From the NCBI GenBank assembly GCA_963702205.1, contig OY969724.1, forward strand, positions 288,001 through 352,000: DNA of 64,000 nucleotides, in the 5' to 3' direction. The DNA is from an uncultured candidate division Zixibacteria bacterium (GTDB lineage Bacteria; Zixibacteria; MSB-5A5; GN15; PGXB01). Positions within the stretch are counted from its first letter, which is position 1; the number at the start of each line of letters is the position of its first letter. Below are positions 61,915 through 64,000 of this stretch, in pieces. Under the pieces are notes generated by a model. That model saw only the letters and a program-made list of their open reading frames with translations, ran no database searches and had not been told where the DNA came from. A program made the position numbers and the translations under genes.

Positions 61915-63417
61915 ATGCAGATTATTTGCATTTCTTGTGGAAGCCAGAGCCAGGGCGAAAAATTCGCCAAAGACCTGGCGGCCAAACTGGGTTATCAGAG
62001 TTTGGGACGGGATCAGCTTCTCGAAGAGGCCACGCGCCATCGTATTCCCGTCGGCAAGCTCGAAACGGCCATTATCAAGCCGCATATTTTTTCCGAAAGA
62101 CTGGCGCAGGAGCTGGAGCATTACAAAGCGCTGGCGACCAGTATCCTTTGTGAAAAGGCGCTCGAAGGCAACCTTGTCTACTACGGCCGCACCGGCCACC
62201 TGCTTCTTCCCGGCATCAGCCATATTCTGAAAGTACGCGTCGTCTCCGACTCCGAGTTCCGCATCCGTCATGTCATGGAGACGTTGCAGCTGCCGAGGGA
62301 AAAAGCTAAACGATATATCGAGCAGATCGACGACGACCGCCGCAAATGGGTCAAGACTTTCTATAACATCGAGTGGGATGTAAATACCCTCTACGATCTT
62401 GTCCTGAACCTGAGTTATATGAACGTCAACAACGCCGCCTCGGCTATCTGCAGCATGGCGGAGATTCCCGAGTTCAAGGCGACTCCGGCGTCCACGAGCG
62501 CCTTGAAAGACCTTTATATGGCCTCGACCGCCAAGCTGATGTTGTTTTCCGACCGCCGGACCAGTTCATTGAATATCCGGCTGACGGCCAACAATGGCGT
62601 TCTCAATATTACGTACCCCCAGCAGCAGGCGGATGACGTCGATATAATCAGCCGCATATTGTATGGCCTTAAAGACGTCAAAGAAATGGTCTTTACCAAG
62701 GCCCAGACCAATATTCTCTGGATTCAGGAAAAATTCAACGTCGACAACGAATCCTATAAACGCGTCTTGTCCCTGGCCAACAATTGGGACGCCGCGATAG
62801 AGCTTATGCGGCTCAACCCGGGTGAAGCGCCGGAGCCATCGGTTACAGACGTCGAAAAACCGAAAGCCACTCCCGAAACCTGGCGCGAGACGGGCATCAT
62901 CGACGAAAGCGAGGAAACCGGCTCAGAAATGACGCCGGATATGTCGAGCATCTATGAACAGCTTATCCGCGACGGTCGGGCCGGCGGCAAACGCAACGTG
63001 CCGGGAACGCAAAAAAGCCTGATTAACGCCATCGACCGTTCGGCCAATTACCGGCTTATCATTTTCGACAATGCCTTCCTGTCCAAAGGCGCCGCGGCCA
63101 AAAAAAGGACTCTTCAGGAATGGTCGAACATGCTGACGGAATCCCTGAAAACGCCGGTGGTATCGCTAAACGAACTGCAGTTCAAATACCAATTCGGTCC
63201 CAAGCACCTGTTGCGCATGATGCTGTTCGGAGGCCTGACGGCCGTTATTGTTTTCCTGCTGTTTCATTTCAACTCTGATATAATAAAATTCTTATCGGAC
63301 ACGAGTACCGAGACGCGGATTATCGGGACGGCGGGGATTCTCTTATTCGTCCCGTTTTTTGCGTACGTTTACAGTACCGTCACGGGCCTGCTGTTAAAAC
63401 TTATAAAGCTCGAATAG
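61915..63417 (+). CDS. Cytidylate-kinase-like family protein with C-terminal extension and 2 TM
   Basis: IICIS.GSQSQG...A..LA.KLGY, YGRTGH, D.DRRKW...Y, YDLVLN; two C-terminal TM helices. Confidence 0.8.
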   Translation: MQIICISCGSQSQGEKFAKDLAAKLGYQSLGRDQLLEEATRHRIPVGKLETAIIKPHIFSERLAQELEHYKALATSILCEKALEGNLVYYGRTGHLLLPGISHILKVRVVSDSEFRIRHVMETLQLPREKAKRYIEQIDDDRRKWVKTFYNIEWDVNTLYDLVLNLSYMNVNNAASAICSMAEIPEFKATPASTSALKDLYMASTAKLMLFSDRRTSSLNIRLTANNGVLNITYPQQQADDVDIISRILYGLKDVKEMVFTKAQTNILWIQEKFNVDNESYKRVLSLANNWDAAIELMRLNPGEAPEPSVTDVEKPKATPETWRETGIIDESEETGSEMTPDMSSIYEQLIRDGRAGGKRNVPGTQKSLINAIDRSANYRLIIFDNAFLSKGAAAKKRTLQEWSNMLTESLKTPVVSLNELQFKYQFGPKHLLRMMLFGGLTAVIVFLLFHFNSDIIKFLSDTSTETRIIGTAGILLFVPFFAYVYSTVTGLLLKLIKLE

Positions 63418-63437
63418 GGAGAAATCGGTAAGGCGAC

Positions 63438-64000
63438 ATGGGTGATCTATTTATAACACTGACCATAGGCAAGGCGCTGCAGGTTGTCCTGCTCGGTTTT
63501 ATCGGGGGCGTCCTGAGCGGTTTTATCGGTAGCGGCGGGGCGTTCTTCATGACGCCCGGTATGATGAACCTCGGGGCACAGGGTATTATCGCCGTCGGGA
63601 CGAACATCACGCACAAATTCGGCAAGGCCATGGTCGGCTCCAAAAAGCACGGTGAACTGGGGCACGTCGACAAAAAGCTCGGCATATTCATGTTGATCAC
63701 GGCCTTTCTGGGTATCCGCCTGGCGGTTTGGATCGCATCGAGCCTGTTCGGCATGACCGACAGCCATGCCGCCCAGGGAGCCGCGGCCAATCTGTATATC
63801 AGCGCCGTATTTGTCATAATGCTTTCTTTTGTAAGCATCACCATGCTGCTCGACATCTTCCGCAAAAAACCCGAAGGCGACACCGGCCCGTCACGCAAAA
63901 TTTCCGATTACCTGTCGCGTTTGAGGCTTTTCCCCATGATCTATTTCCCGGTCGCCGACGTCAAAATTTCGCTGTGGGTTTTGATGATTGTCGGTCTGTT
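63438..64000 (+). CDS. Sulfite exporter TauE/SafE family membrane protein (runs off the right window edge)
   Basis: Not in the ORF track; ATG 63438, MGDLFITL...GFIGGVLSGFIGSGGAFFMTPGMMNLG...HKFGKAMVGS. Confidence 0.85.
   Translation, partial: MGDLFITLTIGKALQVVLLGFIGGVLSGFIGSGGAFFMTPGMMNLGAQGIIAVGTNITHKFGKAMVGSKKHGELGHVDKKLGIFMLITAFLGIRLAVWIASSLFGMTDSHAAQGAAANLYISAVFVIMLSFVSITMLLDIFRKKPEGDTGPSRKISDYLSRLRLFPMIYFPVADVKISLWVLMIVGL

Overview
Bacterial chromosomal window. It probably comes from a Zixibacteria-like lineage, an inference from the repeated C-terminal dockerin-like motif GD.N.DG..NL.DILYLI...Y..PPGP.P. Bases 1-21 kb are mostly GC-rich housekeeping genes: M3 and M32 peptidases, rubrerythrin-like protein, P5C dehydrogenase, RlmD, HlyC/CorC, HtpX, a symporter with a long disordered tail, LpxH-like phosphoesterase and tadA. 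An AT-richer array of three paralogous lipoproteins interrupts them, with an exact 100-bp duplicated leader and a truncated gene remnant. A ~31.5-kb integrative element sits in the 3' end of tRNA-Ser(CGA), bounded by an 18-bp direct repeat at 21004-21021 and 52514-52531 with TGTGNCCA arm-like repeats at both ends. It encodes a tyrosine integrase, an excisionase, an AEP primase-PriCT-P-loop replication protein with an iteron-like origin, and an AT-rich J-like/GrpE-like/divergent Hsp70 operon. It also encodes four secreted multidomain proteins (596-2989 aa) that all end in the same dockerin-like module. No virion or conjugation genes are visible. Right of the element are accessory genes, including azurin and a TonB-dependent receptor preceded by a CxxC/RAPP (DUF2946-like) leader, a GT-C-like pseudogene, and a cytidylate-kinase-like/TauE pair. 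All family assignments come from motif recognition by eye, with no database searches.
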